The notes: generated from the letters alone by a model not told the origin. 64,000 nucleotides of DNA from an uncultured Acidobacteriota bacterium (GCA_963804995.1 CAWDSK010000006.1:544001-608000), one strand, 5' to 3'. Shown: positions 40,835 to 51,929, numbered from the stretch's first letter. Numbers and translations: made by a program.

Positions 40835-40955
40835 GTTTAATGCAGCGTTGGGCAAAGGCACGTGGAGCCAACTCCTTCCCGCGAACCTTGCAGCCCCACA
40901 GGGGGGTGTTTGAGTTCAGCGAAAACCCGAGCGAATCTGGTGTCACGAGGGGACT

Positions 40956-40989
40956 AAAAAAACGGGCGGCAATCCGAAGACCGCCGCCC
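40956..40989 (-). terminator. Rho-independent terminator of the PDZ gene
   Basis: On - strand GGGCGGCGGTC-TTCG-GATTGCCGCCC followed by a T-tract. Confidence 0.75.
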
Positions 40990-41043
40990 CAGGGTAGTAT
41001 GCCGAAATAAAATTCATGCGAGGAGAAACCCCGCGGCCGAGCC

Positions 41044-42099
41044 TTAAATCTCACTGTTCGTGGGCTTTAAGGTGAAGAGGTTCTGCTGATTCTTCAATTG
41101 TTCCTTGAGGTTGCGCAACTGCTCGCGTAGTTGGCGCTGCCATTCGCCCTGCATCAGCTCCTTCTGCTTTTCAACTTCTTGCCGCAATTGCGCAGCGTTG
41201 AGCCGAGCCTGCCCCACCAACTCCTGGAGTTGCGCGACATCCCCTGGGTCAAGACCTATCACAGCCCTGGAGGTGCGCCCCTCCCGGGGGACGGAGCGCG
41301 TTAATTCCACGCTCACCGTCTGTTCATGGTGGTCGCGTACGAAGGTCAGGTTCACTTTGCGGGTGTGGTCCGTGAAATTTTCGTTCAGCGCGGCGCGGAG
41401 ATCATCTACGTCACTCACCGCTTTGCCATCCACTTGCACGATCACGTCGCCCGCCTTCAATCCGGCTTTTTCGGCGGCGCTGCCCACCATCACCTCGCGC
41501 ACCAGCACACCCTTCCCCTGCCTCACACCGAAGAATTGCGCAAGCTGCGAAGTGAGGTCGTCACCGGAAATTCCCAAACTGGCGCGCGCCGAAGAATTTG
41601 AAAAATCGAAGTCCGGCAAGGTCATCGGGGGAACGAACATTCCTGGAACAGAAGGGTTGGAGTGCCAATTAGCGGGCGCCCCCAGCTTCGCACTTACGGT
41701 ACGATCCTGCCCATCGCGTTTTACCTTGATCGCCACGGTGCGGCCGGGCGGCGTCTCGCGAATCAAGCGCCGCAACTCGGCGCTGCTGCGGACGTGAATT
41801 CCATCGAATTCCAAAATGACATCGCCCTTCTCGACTCCGGCTTTGGCGGCGGGGCTATTGGCTTCGACGCTCGTGACGATGGCGCCGGCTACGGCGGGCA
41901 ATTTCAATTCCTGCGCCTTTTCCGGCGTCACTTCATCCAGAATGACACCCAGGTGCGCGTTGCCATTGTTGAGCACGTAAACCTGTGGTGAATCAGGCGG
42001 GCCCGGCGGCTCTGGCATCTCCTGGCCCTGGAAAACTCCTGCCGCGGCCGCCAGCAGCGCCAGGGTAATGGCTGTTCCTAAAAGTATCTTGCTGGTCAT
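41044..42099 (-). CDS. Exported tandem PDZ-domain protein with coiled-coil tail, no protease domain
   Basis: Two LGV/I...SPA.KAG...GDVI units. Confidence 0.88.
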   Translation of the reverse strand: MTSKILLGTAITLALLAAAAGVFQGQEMPEPPGPPDSPQVYVLNNGNAHLGVILDEVTPEKAQELKLPAVAGAIVTSVEANSPAAKAGVEKGDVILEFDGIHVRSSAELRRLIRETPPGRTVAIKVKRDGQDRTVSAKLGAPANWHSNPSVPGMFVPPMTLPDFDFSNSSARASLGISGDDLTSQLAQFFGVRQGKGVLVREVMVGSAAEKAGLKAGDVIVQVDGKAVSDVDDLRAALNENFTDHTRKVNLTFVRDHHEQTVSVELTRSVPREGRTSRAVIGLDPGDVAQLQELVGQARLNAAQLRQEVEKQKELMQGEWQRQLREQLRNLKEQLKNQQNLFTLKPTNSEI

Positions 42100-42291
42100 G
42101 GGTTTCCTCCGAGTACGAGTGGTTCTCCGGATATTCCGGAGTTCTCTCAACTACCCGTCTCCCTTGGCGGACTGACTGCTTGCTTTCCTATAAGACGTAT
42201 TGCTCCGAGCTTGGTCATCACGGTTTTCCAACGCACCGACGATGGATGAGCAAATGAGCCGAGGGCTCAATCTTCCTTCGCCGCCGTAAAA

Positions 42292-43083
42292 TTATAGGTC
42301 TGCATCGCGCTGCCCGACCCGAATATTTCCGCGCACAGTCCGGATTTCGACCGGCACGCCCCCCTCGCCCAGGCGCGTTCGGCGTGTGGAATCGCCGGGG
42401 ACGGAACTGACTTGAAAGGCGTAGTCTCCCACGATTTTACCCGCCACAGTCGTCAGCTCCAGGTCAGCGTTAGCCCGCGCGGGCAACAGCAGATCCACGT
42501 TGCCATTAAGGGTTTCGAGCTTAAGTGGAAACTGGGGATCGGGCAGCCTGCGCAGCGTAAGGAGAATATTCCCTGTCAGTGCCCGCGCCACCACGGATCC
42601 TGCCACGTTGACACCTTCGATATCACCGTGCAGGCTGCGGGCCTTTACCGCTCCTTCCACATCCCGCACAGCAATGTCGCCTTCAAGGGTACTAAGTTGC
42701 TCCAGGCGCACTTGGCGAGGCACGCGCAGCCGGTAGTCCACACGGATCTTTTCATCAAGCCCCGCCGGATAGAGTGTGTGAAAGGCCAGGCTGCCGTCCC
42801 CCGCTTCCACAGCCACCTCCACGTCGTCGATGCGGTCGGAAGGGCCCGGACTGCGCATGGCTACGGTAGCTTCCACTTCCGCGCGATCCCATCCCTCCAC
42901 AAGGACACTGCCTTGCACATTCTCCACCGAGACCGAACCTCCCGGCGCGAGCGGGAAATGCTTCGCCCAAACACGCTCCATGGTGTAGGCAGGACTCGAC
43001 ACTCCGGCTATGCCGAAGCTGGCTGCCAAAAGTAGGATGACCTTCAGGCTCGGGCGGAATCCCATGTGGTTACTTGTCGTCAT
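42292..43083 (-). CDS. DUF4097 beta-strand repeat protein (second gene of the apparent fusion)
   Basis: Own ATG and signal peptide (MTTSNHMGF...VILLLAASFGIAG); ENVQGSV.VEGWD. Confidence 0.75.
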   Translation of the reverse strand: MTTSNHMGFRPSLKVILLLAASFGIAGVSSPAYTMERVWAKHFPLAPGGSVSVENVQGSVLVEGWDRAEVEATVAMRSPGPSDRIDDVEVAVEAGDGSLAFHTLYPAGLDEKIRVDYRLRVPRQVRLEQLSTLEGDIAVRDVEGAVKARSLHGDIEGVNVAGSVVARALTGNILLTLRRLPDPQFPLKLETLNGNVDLLLPARANADLELTTVAGKIVGDYAFQVSSVPGDSTRRTRLGEGGVPVEIRTVRGNIRVGQRDADL

Positions 43084-44445
43084 TGTTGCCTTCACCCCGC
43101 TCCCGCCGGTGTTGCTCCCGTTCCTGATCGCGCTCCACACGGCGGCGCTCCTTTTCCGCGCGGCGATCCTCCAGGATTTCCAGGAGGTCGCTTCGCGCTG
43201 TTTGAGATCTTCCATAGACTGCTCGTCGATCTTGCGGATTTCGATATTGCCCGCCACAGTTCGAATCCTCAGGGTATCTCCCCCACCGTTCAAAGCGCCG
43301 CGGCCGCGCAGGGTGGTGGGAACAAATTCTTCTTTTTCACCCTGAATGGTAAGGGGAAAGTCCGAGACGATCTTGTGGCCCGCCGCAGCGTTGATAGCGG
43401 CATCAATGTTAAGCGGAAGATCCATGGGCAGATAGACGAAGACATCTCCCATGGAGGTCTCGAGCTGCGACGGCCCAAAAGTCTTTTTTGTGGAACTGAA
43501 CTGGGCCAGGATGCGCCCCACCGCGGTGGAAGCTTTGACGGCGCCTTCGAGTTGGAGCAAGTCGATGCTACCGCCGGCGGTTTCCACCACCACACGGCCC
43601 CGCGAGCCTTGCATACGGACGCTGCCACCCGCCGTCTCCGCGTGCACGCTGCTGCCGGTCGGACCAATCTGGATCTGGCCGCCCGCAGTTCGAGCCAAAA
43701 CTCTCCCGGCGGCGCCGCCCACCACAACATCGCCTCCCAACGTCTCGGCTTTCAGTTCGCCCCCCACCGCGCCGGTTACGATTTCTCCGCCACTGGTCTC
43801 GAGGGCAGCATCCCCTTTGACATCACCCACGTGAATGGAGCCTCCCGCCGTGCGCGCGATCAGGTCGCTGCCGATTTTGCCGAGCGTGATGCTGCCCCCT
43901 GCGGTTTCCACCTTAACGGGACCCGCCAGATCCGCAGCCCGCACGTCCCCGCCCGCCGTGGTCAGCCTGGCCTCGCCTTGCAAGGGAGCTTCCACCCAGA
44001 TGTCGCCACCCTGCGTTTCTATATCCAGGTTGTAGCGGGGGGGCAAGGTGATCTGAAACTCCACTCCGAAGTTTTCGCCACGACCGAGGCGTCCCGGAGT
44101 TTGACTGGTAAGGTAAATGCCTCCGGCTTCAACCGAGCGGACGTTCAATTGGAAACGCTCAAACCATTGGCGTGCGGTGGACTCGTTAGAGGTGTGGGCG
44201 CGCAGAATCACGACGCACTTCAGCTTGTCGCCGGGTTCCGGCCGGATGTCCACCGCACCCACATCCGCTCGCAGTAGCAGACGCGCCCCCTCCTTGGCGG
44301 GCGCTTCGAATTCCGAGCGCAGTTCCCAACTGGGCCCGCGGCGCACCGGCGAGCCGTGCTTTATCGAGGTCACGTCCAGCGCCGCAAGGGGCCGGGCGCT
44401 CAACAAAGCCAGAAGCACAAAGCTGTTTACCCACTTCTTTCCCAT
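43070..44445 (-). CDS. DUF4097 beta-strand repeat protein; one missing G near 43172 fuses it to the next gene
   Basis: Many T.GG.I/V repeats; the shifted frame gives a charged tail WEDRRAEKERRR...NNDDK*. Confidence 0.75.
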
Positions 44446-44461
44446 GGTTCCTTTCGGGTCC

Positions 44462-45406
44462 TCACTTTCCAAATTTCATCACGGCGTCCGCACACCTCAC
44501 CCGGATACAGGAATTCCGATCCGTGGTGGCCAGCTTCTCCAGGGCCTGCTGAATCGCGGGATCGCGGCCCTCTTCCTCTTCGTGATCCACCAGGGCCTCG
44601 AGCGCCGCCACCCGCACGCCGGCATTCGCATCGTGCTGGAGCGCCGCCAATAAGGCGAGATGCACATCGTCGCCGCACTCCATGCCGCGCACTGCCTCCA
44701 GCGCCTCCAAACGCACCCCGGCGTTGGGATCATGCCGTAGCGCATAGAGCAACGCGCCCCGGATGTTGGGATTGTCAAGGTGTGAGCGCAGGGCGTCGAG
44801 CGTGTCGCGCCGAATGCCCGGATTGTCATAGCTCTTCACGGCGTAGACCAGCACCCGCTGAATCTGCGGGTTGTCAAGGGACCCTTCCAGCGTCATTCGC
44901 CGTTCCGCGTCCATGGTGATGCGCACCCCACCGGTTTGAGGGTCGGCGGCGACGCGGCTGATGCCGCGGATCTGCATGTTCTCGAGGTCAGGGTCGGTTA
45001 GAGCGGCGGTATTGACGCCTGCGGGATTGGACGTCAGCCGCCCGGCGTGAGGCCGTAGCCCCCACCCCAGGCCAAACCCGCACAGCACCATCGTCAACCC
45101 CAAAGCAAAACCGGAAGCAGGTTGCAGTCGAAGCACCGGTAAGCCCTGATGGAGCAGCGCCCGCCAACCGTGTTGCTCGCGTTCCAGCGCTTCGTCGAGC
45201 GCCTGGCGCGATTCCGCCAGCAGCGCGGCGGAGGGTTTCGGGCGCGGTCGTTCCGCCAAGGCGCGATGGAGTTGCTCGGTCTTTTCGAGAGCCGCCCGGC
45301 AATTCGCGCATACTTCAAGGTGCGCCTCACACGCGGCTCGCTCCTCCGCGGAGAGCTCCGCGTAAAGAAACAACGGCAGGATCGCTTCGAACTCCAGACA
45401 CTTCAT
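44462..45406 (-). CDS. zf-HC2 anti-sigma factor with TM helix and HEAT repeats
   Basis: HLEVCANC; repeated D.NAGVR..ALEA. Confidence 0.88.
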   Translation of the reverse strand: MKCLEFEAILPLFLYAELSAEERAACEAHLEVCANCRAALEKTEQLHRALAERPRPKPSAALLAESRQALDEALEREQHGWRALLHQGLPVLRLQPASGFALGLTMVLCGFGLGWGLRPHAGRLTSNPAGVNTAALTDPDLENMQIRGISRVAADPQTGGVRITMDAERRMTLEGSLDNPQIQRVLVYAVKSYDNPGIRRDTLDALRSHLDNPNIRGALLYALRHDPNAGVRLEALEAVRGMECGDDVHLALLAALQHDANAGVRVAALEALVDHEEEEGRDPAIQQALEKLATTDRNSCIRVRCADAVMKFGK

Positions 45407-45431
45407 AGGGCCTTCCTTCACTTTGAAACTC

Positions 45432-46061
45432 CTAAACCAGATCTCCCAATTCCGAGCGCAGTTTCTGGGTGGCGCGAAAGAGACAATTCTTTACCGTCTG
45501 CTCGCTGGTATTGCACATCTCTCCAATCGCCCGCAATTTCAAACCCTGGTAATGTTTCAACTCAAAAACCATGCGCTCCCGAGGGTTCAGCCGGTCGAGC
45601 GCGGCCTGGATGCGGCGGGCAATCTCTTTGGAGTGCGTGGCGCGTTCGGGATCAAGGGTGGGTCGGTCATCCGGCACATTCTGGAAGTACTCGGGCTTAC
45701 CCTCTTCGGGCTGGGGAACCGCGACCTCCTTGCGCGCGTTCCGCCGGCGCAGGTGGTCTAGGCAAACATTGGTCACCACACGATAGAGCCAGGTGGAAAA
45801 GCGAGCCTCCATGCGGAAGTTGCGCAGAGAGCGATACACCTTCAGAAACGCTTCCTGGTATAAATCGCGCGCTTCTTCGGGGGATCCCACGACTTGGAGA
45901 GCCAAGCGTAATACGTCCTTGTCGTACCGGCGCACGAGCGCGTCGAAGGCAGGATGATCACCTTCCTGGGCGCGGCGAATCAAAGCAAACTCCTCGAGTT
46001 CACTCTCCCGCGAAGGTTGTGAAACCACTTTGCCGGCGATCTCCAAGCAAGCGCCATCCAT
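45432..46061 (-). CDS. ECF sigma-70 factor
   Basis: ARDLYQEAFLK, FSTWLYR, TVKNCLFRA. Confidence 0.93.
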   Translation of the reverse strand: MDGACLEIAGKVVSQPSRESELEEFALIRRAQEGDHPAFDALVRRYDKDVLRLALQVVGSPEEARDLYQEAFLKVYRSLRNFRMEARFSTWLYRVVTNVCLDHLRRRNARKEVAVPQPEEGKPEYFQNVPDDRPTLDPERATHSKEIARRIQAALDRLNPRERMVFELKHYQGLKLRAIGEMCNTSEQTVKNCLFRATQKLRSELGDLV

Positions 46062-46664
46062 TGCGACTATGGTTCGAACCCCTCACTGGGCTTAGACGCC
46101 CCCCAAATAAAAGGTAAGCACCAACACATTAAGATGCAAGGGGGTAGAGGCGCGGGTAGCAGTATTGTATGAAAACCGTGGGCCGATTAGTGATTTTTGG
46201 AATCATAACTCGTCGGCGCTACTTCCACCTGTGTCGACCCTGCGCGGTGCTCAGGGCGGGCTCTATAGATTGGCGATACTTCGCCCCGATTTATGGCGTA
46301 ATCCGCGTATTTTCGGGCCCCAAGTCCGATCGATTGCCGTCCATTCTCACAAAATTCCGGAATTTTCTGCAAAAAGCTCGAATAATAGCCTGACAAATTG
46401 TCACCATATCCTGTGTTTTCATACACATCCCCGGATCGACCTTCATTTTTAACATCTCTACGACCACTAGTTGGTCGCCGCTCGGTGTGATTAACTGATT
46501 TAGTTTCATTCACTTGATTTCTGTGCTGGATCATGAATATTGTCGCTAACTAGCTGTATTATCATGAATATCGCCGGGTTCCTGGGATGTGATCGCGATT
46601 TTCCTGTTTGCCGGCCTGCCGAGCATCTTTACTGGCGCATAAACCCAAATTCCAGCTTCCCATT

Positions 46665-46694
46665 AGTATACTTTATGGTTAATACCCTTGTCAA
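46665..46694 (-). promoter_or_regulatory. Near-consensus sigma-70 promoter
   Basis: TTGACA-18bp-TATACT on - strand. Confidence 0.55.
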
Positions 46695-46792
46695 GACTAA
46701 ACCGCACCTCGGTCCAGCGGAGTGTCGAAAATCAACGGGACCAGAACTCGGGGATTTACTGTCGTGGCGCCCCGTGCCAAGATGGCAAAGTC

Positions 46793-47695
46793 GTGCCGGA
46801 ACTCCCTGATATCGTCGTTTACATCGAAGCCCTGGAGCAGCGCATCCTCCATCAGCGGCTCGAACGTGTCCGCATTGCCAGCCCCTTCCTGCTCCGCACC
46901 GCGCGGCCCCCTCTCCAGGATGTGGAAGGGAAAACCGTCCAGGTGGTCCGCCGCCTTGGCAAACGCATTGCAATCGGCGTCGAAGAAAACCTCTGGCTTG
47001 TGCTTCACTTGATGATCGCGGGGCGCCTGCACTGGCGAGAGGTGGGAGTGAAGCTCACACCTAAGCGGGCGCTGGCGGCGCTGGATTTTCCGCAGGGCAG
47101 CCTGCTCCTCACCGAAGCCGGCACCCAGCAACGGGCCTCGTTGCATGTTGTCCAAGGCGAAGAAGAATTGCGGATGCTCAACCCCGGGGGATTGGAAGTT
47201 CTGGAGTGCGATCTTGGCGCCTTTTCCGCTCGTCTGACTTCAGCAAATCACACGCTGAAACGTGTCTTGACTGATCCGCGCTCGTTTAGCGGTATTGGCA
47301 ACGCTTACTCCGACGAAATCCTTCACCACGCGCACCTTTCGCCCATCGCCATGACTCAACGTTTGAACGAGGAAGAAATCGAGCGCCTGTTCGCCTCAAC
47401 GCGGTCCGTCCTGGTGGATTGGACAGACCGGCTGCGCGCTGAGGCCCGAGGTAGGTTTCCGGAGAACGTGACCGCCTTCCGCGAGGAGATGGCCGTCCAC
47501 GGAAAATACGGAAAGCCTTGCCCGCGTTGTGGAGCCAAGGTGCAACGCATCCGTTACGCCAGCAACGAAACCAACTACTGCGCCCGCTGCCAGACGGGCG
47601 GCAGACTGCTCGCTGACCGTGCCTTATCGCGATTGCTGAAACAGGATTGGCCCCGCACCCTCGAGGAATGGGAAGCACTGCGGCCCGCCCGTTGA
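46793..47695 (+). CDS. Fpg/Nei family DNA glycosylase
   Basis: GTG-PELPD N-terminus, HLMIAG, GIGNAYSDEIL, CPRC...CARCQ. Confidence 0.93.
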   Translation: MPELPDIVVYIEALEQRILHQRLERVRIASPFLLRTARPPLQDVEGKTVQVVRRLGKRIAIGVEENLWLVLHLMIAGRLHWREVGVKLTPKRALAALDFPQGSLLLTEAGTQQRASLHVVQGEEELRMLNPGGLEVLECDLGAFSARLTSANHTLKRVLTDPRSFSGIGNAYSDEILHHAHLSPIAMTQRLNEEEIERLFASTRSVLVDWTDRLRAEARGRFPENVTAFREEMAVHGKYGKPCPRCGAKVQRIRYASNETNYCARCQTGGRLLADRALSRLLKQDWPRTLEEWEALRPAR

Positions 47696-47781
47696 TATTG
47701 ATGAGAAATCCCTCATCTTCCCCACCCCCTCTGCCGATGATATGTGTGGAAATGCAATTTCTTTCGATTATAGGAGGCGCC

Positions 47782-48289
47782 ATGCAGTGCAAAGTTTTCA
47801 GTATTTCCCTGGAGTCAGAAGCAGCGCTCAATGGGGAGCAGAAGCTGAATGATTTCCTCGATACGACAAATGTGAAGCGCGTTTTTGCTTCACTTGCCAA
47901 TCAGCCGGAAGGTCCCATGTGGTCCCTTCTCTTCCTCTATGAGGATGGTGCGCAGGTAACACACAAAGCTCCGACCAGCCCGGAGGCCACGGTGAATCCC
48001 GGCACTCCCCTAACCGGCGAGCAGGTAAGATCGATCGTCGCCTTAAAGAAATGGCGAGCTGATGCGGCGGCCCTGGAGGGTGTCCCCCTTTACATGGTGG
48101 CGCAGAACCGATGGCTGGAAGAGATGGTTCAAATGCCGGTGAAGACGCTGGACGATCTCAAAAAGGTCAAGGGATTGGGCGAGTGGAGAGTGCAAAAATA
48201 CCGGAACCAAGATTCTCGAGACCCTGAACGCGGCGAATGCGGCTAGGCGTTCCTGGCCATCCTCTTCCTACTCCGCCGGCCGGGCGTGA
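47782..48289 (+). CDS. Stand-alone HRDC-domain protein, with one extra C near 48201
   Basis: AGGAGG RBS; LKKWR...GVPLYMV...KVKGLG; corrected frame reads KYGTKILETL. Confidence 0.75.
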
Positions 48290-48296
48290 TGCGTGG

Positions 48297-50280
48297 TCAC
48301 GCCACGTCCACCACACCTTCGGCAATCTGCCCCAGGTACTGGCCATCCGCCATGATATCGGCCGCCACGGCCACGCGCGATTTCCCGCGGTCCCAGTCGC
48401 CGGGAATGGTCACGCTGAAACCGGTTTTGCCGTCCTTGCCGGCGGGCACTTCCAGGGTGCCAACTTGCGGCGAGGCCTTCCAGCCCTCCGGTAACACCAG
48501 CGCCGCCTCCAGGCGCATGGTGTGCGAGCGATAGTTACGCACGCGCAATTCGAGTGCCGAGGTCGAACCCGCTTTCGCCGCGAGTTGATAGGGGTAAAGC
48601 CGCGCCCAACTGGGGTTCAAGCCGAAATTGGAATCCCGATCCGCGATCACATCATTGAAATAGTCCCGTTGCTTTTCAAGCCGCCGCTCCCAGTCCTCCA
48701 GATCGCCCTTGTTGGCGATATAGGGTTTGACATGACCCGGGGCGATAATATTCGGCTCGTTGTCCAGGATGGTCCGCACCGACCGGATGTGGCTGTCGTT
48801 CTCCACCCAGTTGCGAAAGATCAGGTTGTGGCGAAGCACGAAGGGGGCCCCCATGGAAGAAATCGCGTCGCCCGTAAATGCCACGCGCGCCCCGTCAATC
48901 TCCGCAAACATCGCCATTTGATATTCCGTGTGGCCGGGAGAATGGCAAACCTTGAATTCAAACTCTTCCCACTTGAAGGTTTCGTTATGGTGGAAGGCGC
49001 GATCCACTTTAATGCGTTCGCCCAACGTGCATCCCAGATTGTTCCCCCGCGGATTCTCCAGAATCTCCACCATGTTGTCGTAACACCAGACTTTGGCGTC
49101 ATAGTGACGAACCAGGTGGGGAAAGCCATTCAAGTGGTCGTCGTGCATATGGCTGGGCATGGCCACGTCAATGGACTTCATTCCGTAGCGAGCTTTGAGC
49201 TCGGGGATCGTGTGCTCCACAAAACGCATGCGGCCGCGGATCGGTGCGGCGTTAATGAGGGTGGTGCAGAAATTGTTACTCGCCGCCCCGTAATCCACGA
49301 AGAGCGCCTTGCCACTGTCGCTGATCACGGTGTAGAAGCACGAGGTCGTCTGGAAGGAAGCGATCAGGTGCGGCGTCACTGCAAAAGGTTTGTTGTCGAG
49401 GGTCAGCGCCGTCCCCGGCATATAGGATTCCACCCAGCCGCGCATTTTGGCGATCAGGTCGTTGAACGCCGCATCCCCACTGACGAAGGGCTCACCGTGC
49501 GAGGGACAAATGAATTGCGGCCCCAAATCCCGCAAGTGGGCGAGAGAGTAAATGGCAAAATCCACGCCATCAGTACTCATATATTGATATTGCAGGTCAT
49601 ACAGAGTGATGACCTTACCGGGGGAATGAATCAGGTCCCCGGTGAAGGCCGTCTTTCTGCCATCCACCGTTCCCACCAGGCTGAGGGAGCCGAGCGTGTG
49701 TCCGGGAGTGGGATAGATCAAAAGCTCATAGGGGCCCCAGCGAAAGGTTTCATAGTCGTGCAGCTCACCTGCCACCGGCAGGTTGCGCGTGACCGTGAAA
49801 AAGTCGTTGCGGAACGTCGTAGAGATGGAAGATGCGCCGATTGCGCCAGAAATTCTCCGCATCCTCGAACAGCTCCCGCTCCTGCACGGGCACGTGAATC
49901 GGGATGCGCTCCGCCACCGCCCGCGCATCGCCCTGGCACTGGTCGCGGTGATGGTGAGTGTGCAGGATGCCCTCCACCTTGGTGACACCGATCTGGCCGA
50001 GCAACTTCAGGATGTGGCCGGAGCCAAAGTCGATGAGCAAGGCCTGGTTGCCATCCTTGAGGACGTAAACGTTGCAAGTGTCACGCAAGACGTATAGGTT
50101 GGGGGATATCTGTGTCAGTCCCGCACGGGGCGCAAAGGCAACCTGTGATTCGGCGGGCGAAGCGGCTGCCACACCAGGAGGGGCCGCAGCCAATTCCGAG
50201 GCAATCAAGCCCGCCCCAGCGCTCTTAAAGAAATCCCTCCGCGACACGCCCCGTCGACCCTTTCCCTTTTGCCTCTTCAT
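48297..50280 (-). CDS. Tat-exported tandem metallo-beta-lactamase-fold hydrolase, frameshifted near 49812
   Basis: SRRDFFK; THHHRDQ and SHMHDDH; two PGHT and TGD sets. Confidence 0.85.
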
Positions 50281-50345
50281 GGCGACCCTCCTCGATCGGA
50301 CGAAAGACTGCAGTTCTGCACGGGTAATTGTACCGGCTGCTTCCC

Positions 50346-51290
50346 TCAGCGTTCACGAGCTTCGATGTGGTCCAGGAACGCTCGCAGTTCCTGCGGCAAG
50401 GGCGCCTCGAAACTCAAGGGCTGTTTCGTGATGGGGTGAGCAAAAGCCAGCCGGGCCGCATGCAGAAAGGTTCGCGAAAGGGTCGGCGCTTCCCCTCCCG
50501 CCACGCGCAGTTTCGCGGGCGCACCGTAAGTCAAATCTCCAACCACCGGGTGACCCAAGGAAGCCAGATGCACGCGGATCTGGTGCGTCCGGCCGGTGAA
50601 CGGCTCAGCATTGAGGAGGGTGAAATCAGGAAAGCCCTGCAACACTTGGAAGCGCGTCAGAGCCTGGCGAGCGGCAATCCCGCCCACCTTCATGCGCGTG
50701 CGGTGCACCGGGTCGCGACCCACCGGCAGATTGATTTCACCGTTGGCCTTTGCCACCCGCCCATGAACCAACGCCACGTAAGTCTTGTGCACTTGGCGCG
50801 ATTTAAACTGCTCAGCCAGGCGGCGATGGGCGGTATCGTTTTTGGCGACGATGACCAGCCCTGAGGTCATCTTATCCAGGCGGTGGACGATGCCGGGCCG
50901 CGTCTCGCCACCCGCACCGGATAATGTCGCAACGTGATGTAACAGAGCATTTACGAGGGTGCCGGATTTCACTCCCGCGCCGATGTGCACCACCATTCCC
51001 GCAGATTTGTTCACAACCAGAATGTCTGCGTCTTCGTAAACGATAGCGAGCGGCAGGTCCTCGGGCGAGGCACGTAGTTCCTCACGCTCCGCCTGGACTT
51101 TGATTCGCGCTCCCGCTTCGACCTCTTTACCGGCCTTGCGGGGTAGCACTCCGCCCAGCGTTACCAGCCCCTGGCGGATCAGCCGTTGAATCTGGCTGCG
51201 GCTCCAGTCCGGCATCTGGGCGGCGAGATACACATCCAGACGTTCGCCCGCCGCTTCCGCGGGGACAACGAACTCTCGTGTCAGCGCCAT
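50346..51290 (-). CDS. rluD: RluA-family pseudouridine synthase (RluD-like)
   Basis: S4 domain; GIVHRLDKMTSG, TGRTHQIRVH, LHA. Confidence 0.9.
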   Translation of the reverse strand: MALTREFVVPAEAAGERLDVYLAAQMPDWSRSQIQRLIRQGLVTLGGVLPRKAGKEVEAGARIKVQAEREELRASPEDLPLAIVYEDADILVVNKSAGMVVHIGAGVKSGTLVNALLHHVATLSGAGGETRPGIVHRLDKMTSGLVIVAKNDTAHRRLAEQFKSRQVHKTYVALVHGRVAKANGEINLPVGRDPVHRTRMKVGGIAARQALTRFQVLQGFPDFTLLNAEPFTGRTHQIRVHLASLGHPVVGDLTYGAPAKLRVAGGEAPTLSRTFLHAARLAFAHPITKQPLSFEAPLPQELRAFLDHIEARER

Positions 51291-51364
51291 AAACACTCAG
51301 GGAGGTAAGGCTTCAACTCAGCCCTTTACTCAAGCAGTGATTTTCGAGGTTCAAGACCGGAACG

Positions 51365-51865
51365 TCAATCCGAAAAGATCACCTGGATAATCAGCAAGCC
51401 CGCGCCAACCACGATGGCACTATCCGCCAGATTGAAGGTGGCCCAATGATAGCTGCGGATATAGAAATCGAGAAAGTCGACAACGCGGCCCACGCGGATC
51501 CGGTCGAAGAGATTGGACAGGGCGCCGCCCAGAATCAGCGCGAGGCCCAGACTGGTTTCCCACTGCAGGCGCTGCGTCCTCCACACAATACCCACCACGG
51601 TAACAAGCAGGACAGCAGAAATCACGATCAAGAGCCCAGTCTTCCACGGGGCCGGCGATTCCGAGAAGAGTCCGAAGGCTGCGCCGGCATTCTGGGTGTT
51701 GGTCAGGTTGAAGAATCCAGGCACGACAGGGATGATGGCACGGTCGGGAATGCGACTTGCGACCATTGACTTCGTAGCTTGATCGGCCACGAACACGACA
51801 ACCGCGATTGCGACGGAAAGGATTCGCGTGACGATTCCAACTCGGGCATTCCCAAGTGAAGACAT
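51365..51865 (-). CDS. lspA: Lipoprotein signal peptidase II
   Basis: DQATK, N.GAAFG, GA.SN..DR, VVDF, FNLAD. Confidence 0.93.
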   Translation of the reverse strand: MSSLGNARVGIVTRILSVAIAVVVFVADQATKSMVASRIPDRAIIPVVPGFFNLTNTQNAGAAFGLFSESPAPWKTGLLIVISAVLLVTVVGIVWRTQRLQWETSLGLALILGGALSNLFDRIRVGRVVDFLDFYIRSYHWATFNLADSAIVVGAGLLIIQVIFSD

Positions 51866-51929
51866 GAATAAACTCAGGGCGGAACTTCTAAAGCGTGGTG
51901 ACGAGCCGGCCGAGTGCGCGGCGACCGCT

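Noticed and set aside
42292..44472. 726-aa double-DUF4097 fusion protein
   Set aside because: An internal signal peptide and a natural charged tail in the shifted frame indicate two genes joined by a missing G.
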